A stretch of DNA of 54,836 nucleotides from Armatimonadota bacterium (GTDB taxonomy: Bacteria; Armatimonadota; DTGP01; JAHWJO01): contig JBBRGS010000002.1 in NCBI GenBank assembly GCA_038240635.1, forward strand, positions 1 through 54,836. The letters run 5' to 3'. Under the pieces are notes generated by a model, which was not told the origin of the DNA, made no database searches, and saw nothing but the letters and a program-made list of their open reading frames with translations. A program made the translations under genes and the position numbers. Of this stretch, positions 1-9,422 are shown one piece after another. Positions within the stretch are counted from its first letter, which is position 1, and the number at the start of each line of letters is the position of its first letter.

Positions 1-2
1 TG

Positions 3-938
3 ATCCTTGTGGGGGATGAACCCCGCATCCTGGAAGCCGTTTCCAAAGACTCCTCCTCCCCCGGCCTCCCGCCCAGTATCACCATTGAGCACGAGCCCCT
101 CTGCATCGGCATGGAGGAACCCCCCTCCGCCGTCTTTCGCAGTAAGAAGCGCTGCTCCCTGGCGATGTCCGCGCGCCTCGTCGCCGAAGGTCGCGCGCAG
201 GCGTTCTTCAGCGCGGGCAACAGCGGCGCCTGCATGGCCGCCGCCCTTCATCATCTGCGCGCGCTGGAAGGCGTGGACCGCCCGGCCATCGCCACCCTCC
301 TGCCTAACGCCCTCGGCTGGATGCTCCTCCTGGACGCCGGCGCCAATGTGGATTGCCAGCAGCACAACCTCATCGAGTTCGCCCTCATGGGGCACGTCTA
401 CGCCAAAAGCGTCATGGGCAAGGCGAAACCCAAAGTCGCTCTCGTCAGCAACGGCGACGAGAAGATCAAAGGCAACACGCTCACCAAAAGCGTCGCCAGC
501 ATCCTCGAACTCCTCCCCATCAACTACATCGGCAACATCGAGGGGAACGCCCTCTACTCCGGCAAGGCCGATGTCGTCGTCTGTGACGGCTTCGTCGGCA
601 ACGTCATCCTCAAAACCAGCGAAGGCGCGGCGGAGTTCGTGCAAAACACCCTGAAGCGCGAAATCATGCGGGACCCCTTCAGCCGACTCGCGGGCCTCAT
701 GCTCAAACCAGCGTTCCGACGGGCGCGCCGCGTGGCCGATTACGCGGAAGTCGGCGGGGCGCCCCTGCTCGGCGTGCGAGGGGGCGCCGTCGTGGGGCAT
801 GGCCGCTCCGAGGAACTCGCCGTCCTCAATGGGATTCGCAGGGCGGCGGAGGGCGTGAGTCATCATCTCATGGAAGAAACCGAAGCCCTGATGAAGTCGT
901 GCGCCACCGCTCAGCCCAGGAAAATCCAGGCCCTATGA
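3..938 (+). CDS. plsX: Phosphate acyltransferase PlsX, N-terminus cut by window edge
   Basis: Frame is open from the window start. Translation shows PlsX-like blocks (FFSAGNSGACMAAA, LLDAGANVDC, KVALVSNGDEKIKGN, VCDGFVGNVILK, GHGRS). Its TGA overlaps the fabH ATG (ATGA at 935-938). plsX-fabH-fabD is the classic lipid-synthesis gene order. Confidence 0.85.
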   Translation: MLVGDEPRILEAVSKDSSSPGLPPSITIEHEPLCIGMEEPPSAVFRSKKRCSLAMSARLVAEGRAQAFFSAGNSGACMAAALHHLRALEGVDRPAIATLLPNALGWMLLLDAGANVDCQQHNLIEFALMGHVYAKSVMGKAKPKVALVSNGDEKIKGNTLTKSVASILELLPINYIGNIEGNALYSGKADVVVCDGFVGNVILKTSEGAAEFVQNTLKREIMRDPFSRLAGLMLKPAFRRARRVADYAEVGGAPLLGVRGGAVVGHGRSEELAVLNGIRRAAEGVSHHLMEETEALMKSCATAQPRKIQAL

Positions 939-1984
939 CGACCCGCAACCCCGAACCGGTCCTCGCCACTGGCCTCATGGCTCCGGGCATCCCCTTCACG
1001 CGCGTGCGCCCGGTCAAAATCGCCGGCATCGGGAGTTACGCGCCTGAAATGATCCTCACCAATAAAGACCTCGAAGCCCGCATGGAGACCAGCGACGAGT
1101 GGATCCGCTCCCGCACGGGCATCGCTCAGCGCCACGTCGCCGCCGATGATGAAGCCTCCTCCGATCTCGCGTATCGCGCCTCAGTGAAGGCCCTCGCCGC
1201 CGCTCACGTCTCCCCCGACGAGGTGGACCTGATCATCGTCCCCACCGCCACCCCGGACATGGTGTTCCCCAGCACCGCGTCCATCCTCCAGCACCGCCTC
1301 GGCGCCTCCCACGCGGGCGCCTTCGACCTCTCGGCGGCCTGCACCGGATTCATCTACGCCGTGGCGACCGGCTCCTCGTTCGTCGCGTCGGGGATGTATG
1401 ACACCGTGCTCATCGCCGCCGCCGAATGTTTCACCCGCCTGGTGGACTGGAACGACCGGGGCACATGCGTCCTCTTCGGCGACGGAGCGGGCAGCGTCGT
1501 GCTGACTTCCGGCGATGACACCAGCCACTTCCTCGGCTTTGAACTCGGCTCCGACGGCTCCGGCGCCGACGTGCTGAAGGTCCCCTGCGGCGGCTCCCGC
1601 ATCCCGATCTCCGAGGAAGCCGTGGCGAAGCGGCTCCAGTACGTCCACATGGTCGGCAGCGAGGTGTATAAGTTCGCCGTCCGCATCGTCGTCGAATCGT
1701 CGCTGTCGGTCATGCGAAAGTGCGGCGTCACGGCGGCGGAATTGGACTGGTTTGTGCCGCACCAGGCGAACATCCGCATCATTGACGCGGCGGTGAAGCG
1801 GCTTGAAATCCCCGCCGAAAAGGTTGTCACCAACGTGGACCGGTACGGCAACACCTCGGCGGCGTCCATTCCCCTCGCGCTGGACGACCTGCAACGCGAC
1901 GGCCGCATCCAAAAAGGGGACCTCGCGCTGATGGTCGGCTTCGGAGGCGGCCTCTCCTGGGCGTCCGCGCTCGTCCGCTGGTAA
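935..1984 (+). CDS. fabH: 3-oxoacyl-ACP synthase III (KAS III)
   Basis: ORF 899-1984 trimmed to the ATG at 935 (MTTRNPEP). Has the active-site Cys context AACTGFIYA, plus HQANIRIID and GNTSAASIPLAL motifs. Confidence 0.9.
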   Translation: MTTRNPEPVLATGLMAPGIPFTRVRPVKIAGIGSYAPEMILTNKDLEARMETSDEWIRSRTGIAQRHVAADDEASSDLAYRASVKALAAAHVSPDEVDLIIVPTATPDMVFPSTASILQHRLGASHAGAFDLSAACTGFIYAVATGSSFVASGMYDTVLIAAAECFTRLVDWNDRGTCVLFGDGAGSVVLTSGDDTSHFLGFELGSDGSGADVLKVPCGGSRIPISEEAVAKRLQYVHMVGSEVYKFAVRIVVESSLSVMRKCGVTAAELDWFVPHQANIRIIDAAVKRLEIPAEKVVTNVDRYGNTSAASIPLALDDLQRDGRIQKGDLALMVGFGGGLSWASALVRW

Positions 1985-2073
1985 TGCGAGCGACCCCGCC
2001 GATGCGAGCGGCCCCGCCATCCCCGACGACGCCTCCCTCTCCCCCTCATCTGTTTCGTTAACGGAGGCATCCC

Positions 2074-3027
2074 ATGCCCGTCACCTCATCGCAACTCGCG
2101 TTCGTCTTTCCGGGGCAGGGGTCCCAGGCGGTCGGCATGGGCCGCAACCTCGCCGCCAATCATACCGCCGCCGCCGACCTCTTCCGCCGCGCCGAAGCCG
2201 CCTCCGGCCTCCCTCTGGCCGACCTCTGCTTCAATGGCCCGGAGTACGCGCTGAAGGACACCGCGAACGCTCAGCCCGCTCTCCTCACCGTGGGACTGGC
2301 CGCGCTGGCCGCCTGGCGCGCGGGGGGCGGCCCGGATGCCGGGTTCATGGCCGGGCACTCCCTGGGCGAATATGCTGCGCTCGTCGCGGCGGGAGTTCTC
2401 CAAGTGGAAATCGGCGTTCAACTCGTGAAACGGCGCGGAACCCTCATGGCCGAAGCCGCGCGAGAACGGGGCGGGGCCATGGCCGCCGTCCTCGGCCTGG
2501 ACTCCGACACGCTCGACCGCCTCTGCGCCGAAGACCCCGGCGTGGTCGTGGTGGCGAACTTCAACAGTCCGGGGCAGGTGGTCCTCTCCGGCGAGACCGA
2601 CGCCGTGGAGCGCGTCTCCGCCGCCGCCAAATCCGCCGGGGCGAAGCGCGTGACGCCTCTCGCCGTGAGCGGCGCCTTCCACTCGCCCCTGATGAAGGCC
2701 GCCTCGGACGGCCTAAGGGAAGCCCTGGCGTCCGCGCCATTCCATCCTTCCCCGACGCCGGTCTACGCCAATGTGACGGCGCAGCCTGTGCCGAACGTGG
2801 AAGAATGGCGCCATCTGCTCCCGCAGCAGGTGGTGAGCCGGGTGCGGTGGGAAGAAACGGTGAGGAACATGGTGGCCCACGGAGCTCGGGTCTTCATTGA
2901 GATGGGGCCGGGGAAGGTCCTGAGCGGCCTGATTCGCCGAATCGAGCCAGGCGTCACTGTCTTCAACGTGGAAGACACCGCTTCGCTGGAGAAGACGCTG
3001 GCGGAACTCATCGCCTGGGATGGGTAG
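2074..3027 (+). CDS. fabD: Malonyl-CoA:ACP transacylase
   Basis: 317 aa. Carries FVFPGQGSQ and the GHSLGEYAAL active-site serine motif. GGAGG lies upstream of the ATG. Confidence 0.9.
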   Translation: MPVTSSQLAFVFPGQGSQAVGMGRNLAANHTAAADLFRRAEAASGLPLADLCFNGPEYALKDTANAQPALLTVGLAALAAWRAGGGPDAGFMAGHSLGEYAALVAAGVLQVEIGVQLVKRRGTLMAEAARERGGAMAAVLGLDSDTLDRLCAEDPGVVVVANFNSPGQVVLSGETDAVERVSAAAKSAGAKRVTPLAVSGAFHSPLMKAASDGLREALASAPFHPSPTPVYANVTAQPVPNVEEWRHLLPQQVVSRVRWEETVRNMVAHGARVFIEMGPGKVLSGLIRRIEPGVTVFNVEDTASLEKTLAELIAWDG

Positions 3028-3121
3028 AACGCCGGAAACAGCGGCGCCTCAGGGAAGACCTGAATGCGATTAAGGGAAAACCTGGGTTTGACCCAGCAAT
3101 GACGAGACGAACGGGAGACGC

Positions 3122-4207
3122 ATGAACGCAACGATTGCGGTATTGCCAGGCGATGGCATCGGTGGAGAAGTGACGGCGGAAGCGGTGGCGGTCCTTCAGG
3201 CGGTGGCCGGACAATGGGGCCACAAGTTCACTTTTCACGAGGGCGCTGTCGGGTGGGCCGCCTTCGACGCGCACGGCACGGCGCTGCCGGAGGAGACCGT
3301 GGCCCTCTGCCGCCGCAGCGACGCCATCCTGTTCGGCGCCGTGGGAGACCCTGCGCGGGATGCGACTGTCCCCCCCGATGAGCGGCCCGAAGTCGTCGCG
3401 TTGCTGGCCCTTCGGCAGGGGCTGTTCGCCAACCTGCGGCCGGTCACGCTCTACCCCAGCCTCGCCGCTCAAAGCGCCCTGCGGCCCGACCGAATCGCGA
3501 ACGGCGTGGACCTCCTCATCGTCCGCGAACTCACCGGCGGCCTCTACTACGGCCATCCCAAAGGTCGCACAGTGGAAGACGGCGTGGAGCGCGCGGTGGA
3601 CACCATGACCTACACGCGACCTGAAATCGAGCGCATCGCCCGCGTCGGCTTCGAGGCCGCCCGAAAGCGGCGAAAAAAACTCTGCTCGGTGGACAAGGCC
3701 AACATCCTCGCGTGCAGCCAGCTCTGGCGCGACGTCGTGACCGATATGGCGAACGAGTACCCCGATGTCGCCTTCTCCACTATGCTGGTGGACGCCGCCG
3801 CGATGAGCCTCCTGCGGGACCCCGGCGCCATTGACGTGATGGTGATGGAGAACACCTTTGGCGATATTTTATCCGATGAAGCCTCGATGATCGTCGGATC
3901 GCTGGGTATGCTCCCTTCCGCGAGCGTCGGCGACGGCTCCCAGCCCGGCTTCTTTGAGCCAATCCACGGCTCCGCGCCCGACATCGCCGGAAAGGGCATC
4001 GCCAACCCGTGCGCCGCCACCCTCACCGCGTCCATGCTCCTGCGGCTCCAGTTTCACCTGGAGGCCGAGGCCGACGCCGTGGACGCGGCGGTCATGCGCG
4101 CGCTGGAGGACGGCTTCCGTACCGGCGACATCGCGGGAGGCGGCCCGGCGGTCAGTACCTCCGCGATGGGCGCCGCCATCCGCGACCGCCTACGTCCCGC
4201 TGGATAA
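3122..4207 (+). CDS. leuB: 3-isopropylmalate dehydrogenase
   Basis: IAVLPGDGIGGEV N-terminus, LFANLRP, VRELTGGLYYG, DKANIL..SQLWR, FGDILSDEASMIVGSLGMLPSAS and EPIHGSAPDIAGKGIANP. Confidence 0.9.
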   Translation: MNATIAVLPGDGIGGEVTAEAVAVLQAVAGQWGHKFTFHEGAVGWAAFDAHGTALPEETVALCRRSDAILFGAVGDPARDATVPPDERPEVVALLALRQGLFANLRPVTLYPSLAAQSALRPDRIANGVDLLIVRELTGGLYYGHPKGRTVEDGVERAVDTMTYTRPEIERIARVGFEAARKRRKKLCSVDKANILACSQLWRDVVTDMANEYPDVAFSTMLVDAAAMSLLRDPGAIDVMVMENTFGDILSDEASMIVGSLGMLPSASVGDGSQPGFFEPIHGSAPDIAGKGIANPCAATLTASMLLRLQFHLEAEADAVDAAVMRALEDGFRTGDIAGGGPAVSTSAMGAAIRDRLRPAG

Positions 4208-4303
4208 CGCGCTTCCAGGCGAACACTGTGTTGTGAGCGCCCTTTATGGGCCAGAAGGGTTTATGGCGCGCTCAGAAACCTTTTCGAGCGAGGGGCCAGG
4301 CAA

Positions 4304-4696
4304 TTACAAAAGTATCAGGGTCATGCCGGGATTATGACGGTCCAGATCGGGATCGCCGCTGAGTTCCGGGCACGCTTCCAGGAGGGAGCGCGAGGCGGGA
4401 TCAAACAATCCCCAGGTCTCGCCGGTGATGAACCCCTTGATGCGCCGTTCCCGCTGGCGTTCAGCAAGAGTCTGGCGCAGGGCGATGCGGAGGGCGCCGC
4501 CTTCACCGCCGGAGCCGTAGCCGTGAATGATCTTCAGGGCGGTCATCCCCATCCGCCGAGCGAGGACCAGTTCGCTGGCGAGGCGGCGGCGGGCCTCCGC
4601 AACAGTCGGCATTCCGGCCTTCAGATTGGCTTCACGAAACGGCATAGCGCAAGACAAAAAAGGAGCGAAAACAGGGGAGGCAAACGTGACAGGCAT
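4304..4696 (-). CDS. Smr-domain protein
   Basis: ORF 4304-5071 trimmed to the ATG at 4696, which is preceded by AAGGAGAAG. The discarded upstream part is Arg-rich and lies antisense to the amidase gene. The C-terminal block LKIIHGYGSGGEGGALRIALRQ resembles the Smr core. Confidence 0.6.
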   Translation of the reverse strand: MPVTFASPVFAPFLSCAMPFREANLKAGMPTVAEARRRLASELVLARRMGMTALKIIHGYGSGGEGGALRIALRQTLAERQRERRIKGFITGETWGLFDPASRSLLEACPELSGDPDLDRHNPGMTLILL

Positions 4697-4769
4697 CTTC
4701 TCCTTACAGTGACGCGACTCCCTCCAGGCGGGCAAGGTCCTCGTCAATCGGGCAAGGCGCCATTGTCGC

Positions 4770-5537
4770 TCATCGTCTCGCTTGATGCGGCGCATACGCC
4801 ATGACCCCCGCCTCGAGCGCCGCCGCCAGCCGCTCCTGTCCCTTGACACTTGCGGCGAACTTCTCATCGCGCGGGTTGCCCAGGACCACCATCTCCACCG
4901 TGAGCGCGGGCGTCTTCGTGAAGACGGACCCCGTGAGCGCTCCCTGCTTCTTCCCCACAAACGTCGCCGAATCGCCGTGGATGCCTCGAACTCCCAGCGC
5001 CCCGCGAAGCGACTGTCGCATCGCCGGGTAAAAGATGAGCGCGGCAGCGGCGCTCGCCGAGATGATCGCAAGCGTAGGCCCGACCTTCCCCTGAGAGCGT
5101 CCCTGCCGATCCGGGTAATAGACCGCTGAGCCGGACCCCGATCCCGCGTCGCAGTGGAGCCGGAGAAAGAGGACCGCGCCGGAGCGGTTGGCGATCTGGG
5201 CGCGCTCGCGGTTGGTGACGCGCTGAGACTCCGAGGGCTTCGTCATCACGACTCGATACCCCTGCGCCCGCAGCCGATCCCGAAGCCGGAGCGCGACCAT
5301 CCAGTTGACGTGATTCTCCGTGAGGCCGGTCACTCCGCGTGTCCCGTCGCTCGTCTCAGAGGGATGGCCGGGGTCCACGCAGATGATGGGCGCGGCGGCG
5401 CGGGCGGAGCGCTTCGACACAGGCATCTGATCGGGGGAATGAGACGCTGCGCGCGGAGATGCAGCGTGGGTCTTCCCTGCGGAAAACAGTCCGGTCGCAA
5501 AGAGAAGCGAGATGAGGAGGAGGGCGCGTGAGGGCAT
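4770..5537 (-). CDS. N-acetylmuramoyl-L-alanine amidase (Amidase_3-like), secreted
   Basis: ORF 4770-5753 trimmed to the ATG at 5537, which gives a signal-peptide-like MPSRALLLISLLFATGLFSAGKTHA. Has VDPGHPSE, ENHVNW..ALRLRDRL, LFLRLHCDAG and TVEMVVLGNP blocks. Confidence 0.75.
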   Translation of the reverse strand: MPSRALLLISLLFATGLFSAGKTHAASPRAASHSPDQMPVSKRSARAAAPIICVDPGHPSETSDGTRGVTGLTENHVNWMVALRLRDRLRAQGYRVVMTKPSESQRVTNRERAQIANRSGAVLFLRLHCDAGSGSGSAVYYPDRQGRSQGKVGPTLAIISASAAAALIFYPAMRQSLRGALGVRGIHGDSATFVGKKQGALTGSVFTKTPALTVEMVVLGNPRDEKFAASVKGQERLAAALEAGVMAYAPHQARR

Positions 5538-5773
5538 GAGGAATCCGGAGGGTGAGGGGTCCACCATAGTCATCGTGGACGTGAGTCGTGAGACGGTAGC
5601 GAGCGGAGGCGGGACAGCGCCAGTGTACGTGAAAACGGCGGGAGAGCCGAAACCCTTCCGCCGTTCCCGGTGAACTTCCATGTCCATCGGGCGCCGAGGC
5701 GGGACGCCTCGCGACGAAACGCCCACACGCTTGTTTGGTACATCAATGGCCATGCCGGCAGGGAGCGCCGACG

Positions 5774-6064
5774 TTAAACTTCCTTGCCGCGTTCGATCAG
5801 CTCACGAACCTTCTGCCCACCCTTATGGCCGATGGCCGCAAAGTGGTCGGCGCCATATCTGGATTTGACGGCCTGGCCGCCCTTTTTCCCAATTTCGGCG
5901 AAGTATGCGGAGCCGCGCGACTCTTTAAGCCGCTGGCCGCCTTTCCCTCCGATTTTGGTGAAGTAGTCGGGGCCGTATTTATCCTTCACGCGCTCGCCGC
6001 CCAGGCGTCCCGCCTCGCTGACGGACAATCGCGGTTTCTTCTGATCGTAGTGAGTGGGTTCCAT
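5774..6064 (-). CDS. KGG-repeat general stress protein (GsiB/Con-10-like)
   Basis: 96 aa. Contains four repeats of the type G(G/K)KGGQ..K..YG.D.F..IG. Confidence 0.7.
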   Translation of the reverse strand: MEPTHYDQKKPRLSVSEAGRLGGERVKDKYGPDYFTKIGGKGGQRLKESRGSAYFAEIGKKGGQAVKSRYGADHFAAIGHKGGQKVRELIERGKEV

Positions 6065-6344
6065 GAGAGTCTCCAGGAGGCCAGGGTTGCAGCGCCGAAA
6101 TCGGCGAGAGAAAGGTCAGCGCCGACGAGTAATCACACTGGAGGCAGGCCGTTTCGTCGGGGTAATCAGGAGACTATTAAAGGAAGGAACAAGTTCCGTA
6201 TCCCTCGAAGAGTGAATAAGGATGGTTTCCCTTCCCTCAAACAGTGAGCGGACGAAAGGCGCCTGACGCCAGAGCAGGTCTTCCACCCCTGGCGGCGAAG
6301 AGTGTCATCCATCACCGCAACCGAAAGCCACCTGGGAGACCCCC

Positions 6345-7145
6345 ATGAAGCCGGTCATCCGACTGCCCAGCCCCGCCCACCGCACCTCCCGGATTCGCGC
6401 GTCCCAGATTCGGGAGCCAGACGGGAATCTTCGCCGGGGCGGCTTCACCCTCATCGAGCTGCTGGTCGTCATCGCCATCATCGCCATTCTGGCCGCCATC
6501 CTCTTCCCGGTCTTCGCCAAAGCGCGGGAGAAGGCGCGCCAATCGTCGTGCGCCAGCAACCTCAAGCAGATCGGCCTCGCCTTTCACGCCTACTTCTCCG
6601 ACTACGACGAGACCCTCCAGCCCATGGAAGGTTACATCACCTACGGCGATGGCAAAGGGTGGACCGAGCGCGTGGGGATGTATAACAAGAGCCTCTCCCT
6701 TTTTCAGTGCCCGTCGGACTTTCATAACTTCTCCTATGGCCTCAACTGGGGCGCCACCAGCAGCGCCAATGGCGGCTACTCCCCCACCAGCGAAGTGAAA
6801 CTTGCCGACGTGAAGAACGAGACCAAACTCATCCACATCTTCGACTGTGAGGGGTCCGGCACGCGCGCTGTCAACACCTCCGTTAAAGGAAATGCCAATT
6901 CCCAGGACACCGGTGACACCGACATCACTAACGAATGCTGCCCCCCTCAGCAGGACAAGGACGTGTACGACGGCGGCAAAAACCGCGCGCAAAGCCGTCC
7001 GTGGGACCAGCAGCAGCGGTGGCCATGGCTTAACTTCCCTGGACGCCACAGTGGCGGGAACAACATCCTCTTCCTCGACGGCCACGTGCGCTGGTACTGG
7101 GACTGGAAAGAGGGCGAGATGGCCTTCAGTCCGCGCACGGCTTAA
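6345..7145 (+). CDS. Prepilin-type N-terminal cleavage/methylation protein, DUF1559 (H-X9-DG) family
   Basis: [45 protein letters not shown] (pilin-like cleavage site and helix). C-terminal [16 protein letters not shown] gives the H-X9-DG motif. Confidence 0.85.
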   Translation: MKPVIRLPSPAHRTSRIRASQIREPDGNLRRGGFTLIELLVVIAIIAILAAILFPVFAKAREKARQSSCASNLKQIGLAFHAYFSDYDETLQPMEGYITYGDGKGWTERVGMYNKSLSLFQCPSDFHNFSYGLNWGATSSANGGYSPTSEVKLADVKNETKLIHIFDCEGSGTRAVNTSVKGNANSQDTGDTDITNECCPPQQDKDVYDGGKNRAQSRPWDQQQRWPWLNFPGRHSGGNNILFLDGHVRWYWDWKEGEMAFSPRTA

Positions 7146-7258
7146 AGCGCGCCCTCGCGCGATCCCCGTTCCGTAAAAGCCGATGAACCTCCCGCCGCCC
7201 TCCGGCGTTCCCCCATCAGACAGCCGGAAGCGACACTTCTCCGGCCAGGGAGGACACT

Positions 7259-7888
7259 ATGACGATTGGCGACGTGTTGGCGGTCATCGGAGGCGTGGCG
7301 GGAGTGGGCCTCACGATATGGGCCATGCTGGTCCTGTCGGCGCTGGCGTTTGAAGGACTGACCCGGACAGGGCAGCGTCTTCTGGAGAAGCGTCGGGCGC
7401 CGATCCTGTTCACCGGCGTGGTAGTGGCGGCGACGGTCGGCGTGATCGCCCTCGCGCTGCTCAATCAGGCGAACGGGCTGTTCAAACTCATCGGGACCGG
7501 CCTCTTCCTCAGTATCCTCGCGGTGGGAGCGGTCGGAGGGGGAGCCATCGCCGCCAGTCTGGGCGCCCGCATCCGGCGGCAGGACCCCGAAGTCACGCCG
7601 TTCCATGCGCTGCTACGGGGCGCGGGGCTGATGGTCCTCGCCGGTTTCGCGCCGCTGGTGGGCTGGTTCCTGTTCGCGCCGGTCATGCTGCTGCTGGGGA
7701 CAGGGATCGGGTTCCGCGCTCTGCTGGCGGCCCGCCGAGGTGACCTCCCGGAAGTCCCGCCGGCCCTGGGCGCACTGGAGCCGTCCTCCGCCCCGGTGAA
7801 GGAAGGACTACACTCCTCCTCGATGGAGGTGTCCTCCGCCGCCCCCCTCCTCACCCATGCGTCGGCGGAACGAGAACCCCTCTCGTGA
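7259..7888 (+). CDS. Hypothetical polytopic membrane protein
   Basis: Four to five hydrophobic segments and no recognised motif. Its stop overlaps the GTG start of the DUF1800 gene (GTGA at 7885-7888). Confidence 0.5.
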   Translation: MTIGDVLAVIGGVAGVGLTIWAMLVLSALAFEGLTRTGQRLLEKRRAPILFTGVVVAATVGVIALALLNQANGLFKLIGTGLFLSILAVGAVGGGAIAASLGARIRRQDPEVTPFHALLRGAGLMVLAGFAPLVGWFLFAPVMLLLGTGIGFRALLAARRGDLPEVPPALGALEPSSAPVKEGLHSSSMEVSSAAPLLTHASAEREPLS

Positions 7889-9369
7889 AGGCCAGCCGAC
7901 GCCGCCTGCTGGGTCTGGCGGCCCTGGGGAGCGCGGGCGCCCTTTCCGGCTGCTCCCGCATTGTCCAGCGCGTCACCGCTCCGCCGTTCACGGGGAGCCT
8001 GCCGCCGCCCTCCCTGGCCACGCCGCCCCTGCTGCGCTTGCTGAACCGGGTCGCGTTCGGCCCCCGGCCCGGCGATCCGGCGCGTGTGGAGCGGATGGGC
8101 GCGGCGGCGTACGTGGATGAGCAGCTGCATCCCGTCGCGCCGGAGGAGTGGCGCTTCGCCGCACGGCTGCGGGGGATTGACGCCCTCCACATGGCCGGCA
8201 TGGAGATGCGCGACCTCCCCGATTATGAAATCCTCAGCCAGCTCCAGCGCGCGGCGTTCCTTTCCGCCGTCTACAGCCGCCATCAACTGCGGGAACGCAT
8301 GGCCGACTTCTGGAGCAATCACTTCAACGTGTACGGCATGAAGGGGTGGGCCGGGTTCTTCAAGCCCGCCGACGAGTTCGGCGCGATCCGCCAGCATGCC
8401 CTGGGGCGCTTTCCCGATCTGCTCCGCGAGATGGCGCGCAGCCCCGCTATGCTCATCTACCTCGATAACGCCTCGAACCAAAAGGGCGTCCCCAACGAGA
8501 ATTACGCCCGCGAGCTGATGGAACTCCACACCCTCGGCGTCCACGGCGGCTACACGCAGAAGGACGTGCAGGAACTGGCGCGCTGCCTCACCGGCTGGAC
8601 GCTGGAAGACCGGTTCGCCCGGCGCAAGGGGACGTTCCGCTTTGATGTCGCCCACCATGATGATCGAGCGAAGACCTTCCTCGGCCACGCGATTCCCGCC
8701 GGGGGCGGCGTGAAGGACGGCGAGCAAGCGCTGGAAATCCTCTCGCGCCACCCCGCCACGGGGCGGCATCTCTCCGTCAAACTGTGCCATTACTTCCTCG
8801 GCCACGAAGACCCGCACTGGGTGAACGAGATGGCCGCGATCTACGCCCAAACCGGCGGGGACATCGCCGCGATGCTCCGCCCGTTGCTGCTCTCCGACGA
8901 CCTGCTGAACTGCCCGCCGCTGCTCAAGCGCCCCTTCGACTACATGGTGTCCGCCCTGCGGATCACCAACGCCGACACCGACGGCGGAAAGCCGCTTCAG
9001 GACCACCTGACGAAGATGGGCGAACCTCTCTACGGCTGGCCTATGCCCGACGGCTATCCCGACACAGCCGCCGCGTGGACCGGCTCGCTCCTCGCCCGCT
9101 GGAACTTCTCCCTCGCGCTGGGCATGGGACAAATCCTCGGTTCATCACTGCCGCTGGCCCGGTGGGAGGCGCTGAGTCGGGCGCATCCAACAGGCCGGGA
9201 AGCGTTCATGACGGAATGGGTCCTCGGCGTGAAGGGGGATGAACCCGGCGCGCAGACACTGAAGGCGGCGCTCTCCTCTCTCCCGGCGCCTTCAGGGAAG
9301 ACCGAGGTAAGCCCTCTGGCGGAGCCGTTGGCCCTCTGCCTCGCCTCCCCCGAATTCCAGTGGCGCTGA
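7885..9369 (+). CDS. DUF1800 family protein, Tat/lipoprotein-like signal
   Basis: N-terminus MKASRRRLLGLAALGSAGALSGCS (twin-Arg plus an L-S-G-C lipobox-like motif). DUF1800-typical blocks DFWSNHFNV, MLIYLDNASN and NENYARELMELHTLGV.GGYTQKDV. Confidence 0.8.
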   Translation: MKASRRRLLGLAALGSAGALSGCSRIVQRVTAPPFTGSLPPPSLATPPLLRLLNRVAFGPRPGDPARVERMGAAAYVDEQLHPVAPEEWRFAARLRGIDALHMAGMEMRDLPDYEILSQLQRAAFLSAVYSRHQLRERMADFWSNHFNVYGMKGWAGFFKPADEFGAIRQHALGRFPDLLREMARSPAMLIYLDNASNQKGVPNENYARELMELHTLGVHGGYTQKDVQELARCLTGWTLEDRFARRKGTFRFDVAHHDDRAKTFLGHAIPAGGGVKDGEQALEILSRHPATGRHLSVKLCHYFLGHEDPHWVNEMAAIYAQTGGDIAAMLRPLLLSDDLLNCPPLLKRPFDYMVSALRITNADTDGGKPLQDHLTKMGEPLYGWPMPDGYPDTAAAWTGSLLARWNFSLALGMGQILGSSLPLARWEALSRAHPTGREAFMTEWVLGVKGDEPGAQTLKAALSSLPAPSGKTEVSPLAEPLALCLASPEFQWR

Positions 9370-9422
9370 CCCTTCCCGCGCCATTTCCCGCAGCGTTCAC
9401 CTCTCTGGTGGAAGGAACAACC

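Noticed and set aside
2055-2065. TCGTTAACGGA upstream of fabD, identical to part of the hydE Rex-box
   Set aside because: Only one half-site is present. The expected second half, 4 nt away (GGCATCC), does not match, and the sequence overlaps the fabD RBS. It is probably chance.
7465-9132. 555-aa minus-strand ORF
   Set aside because: It is antisense to the DUF1800 gene and the membrane-protein gene, with low-complexity Arg/Gly/Ala composition.
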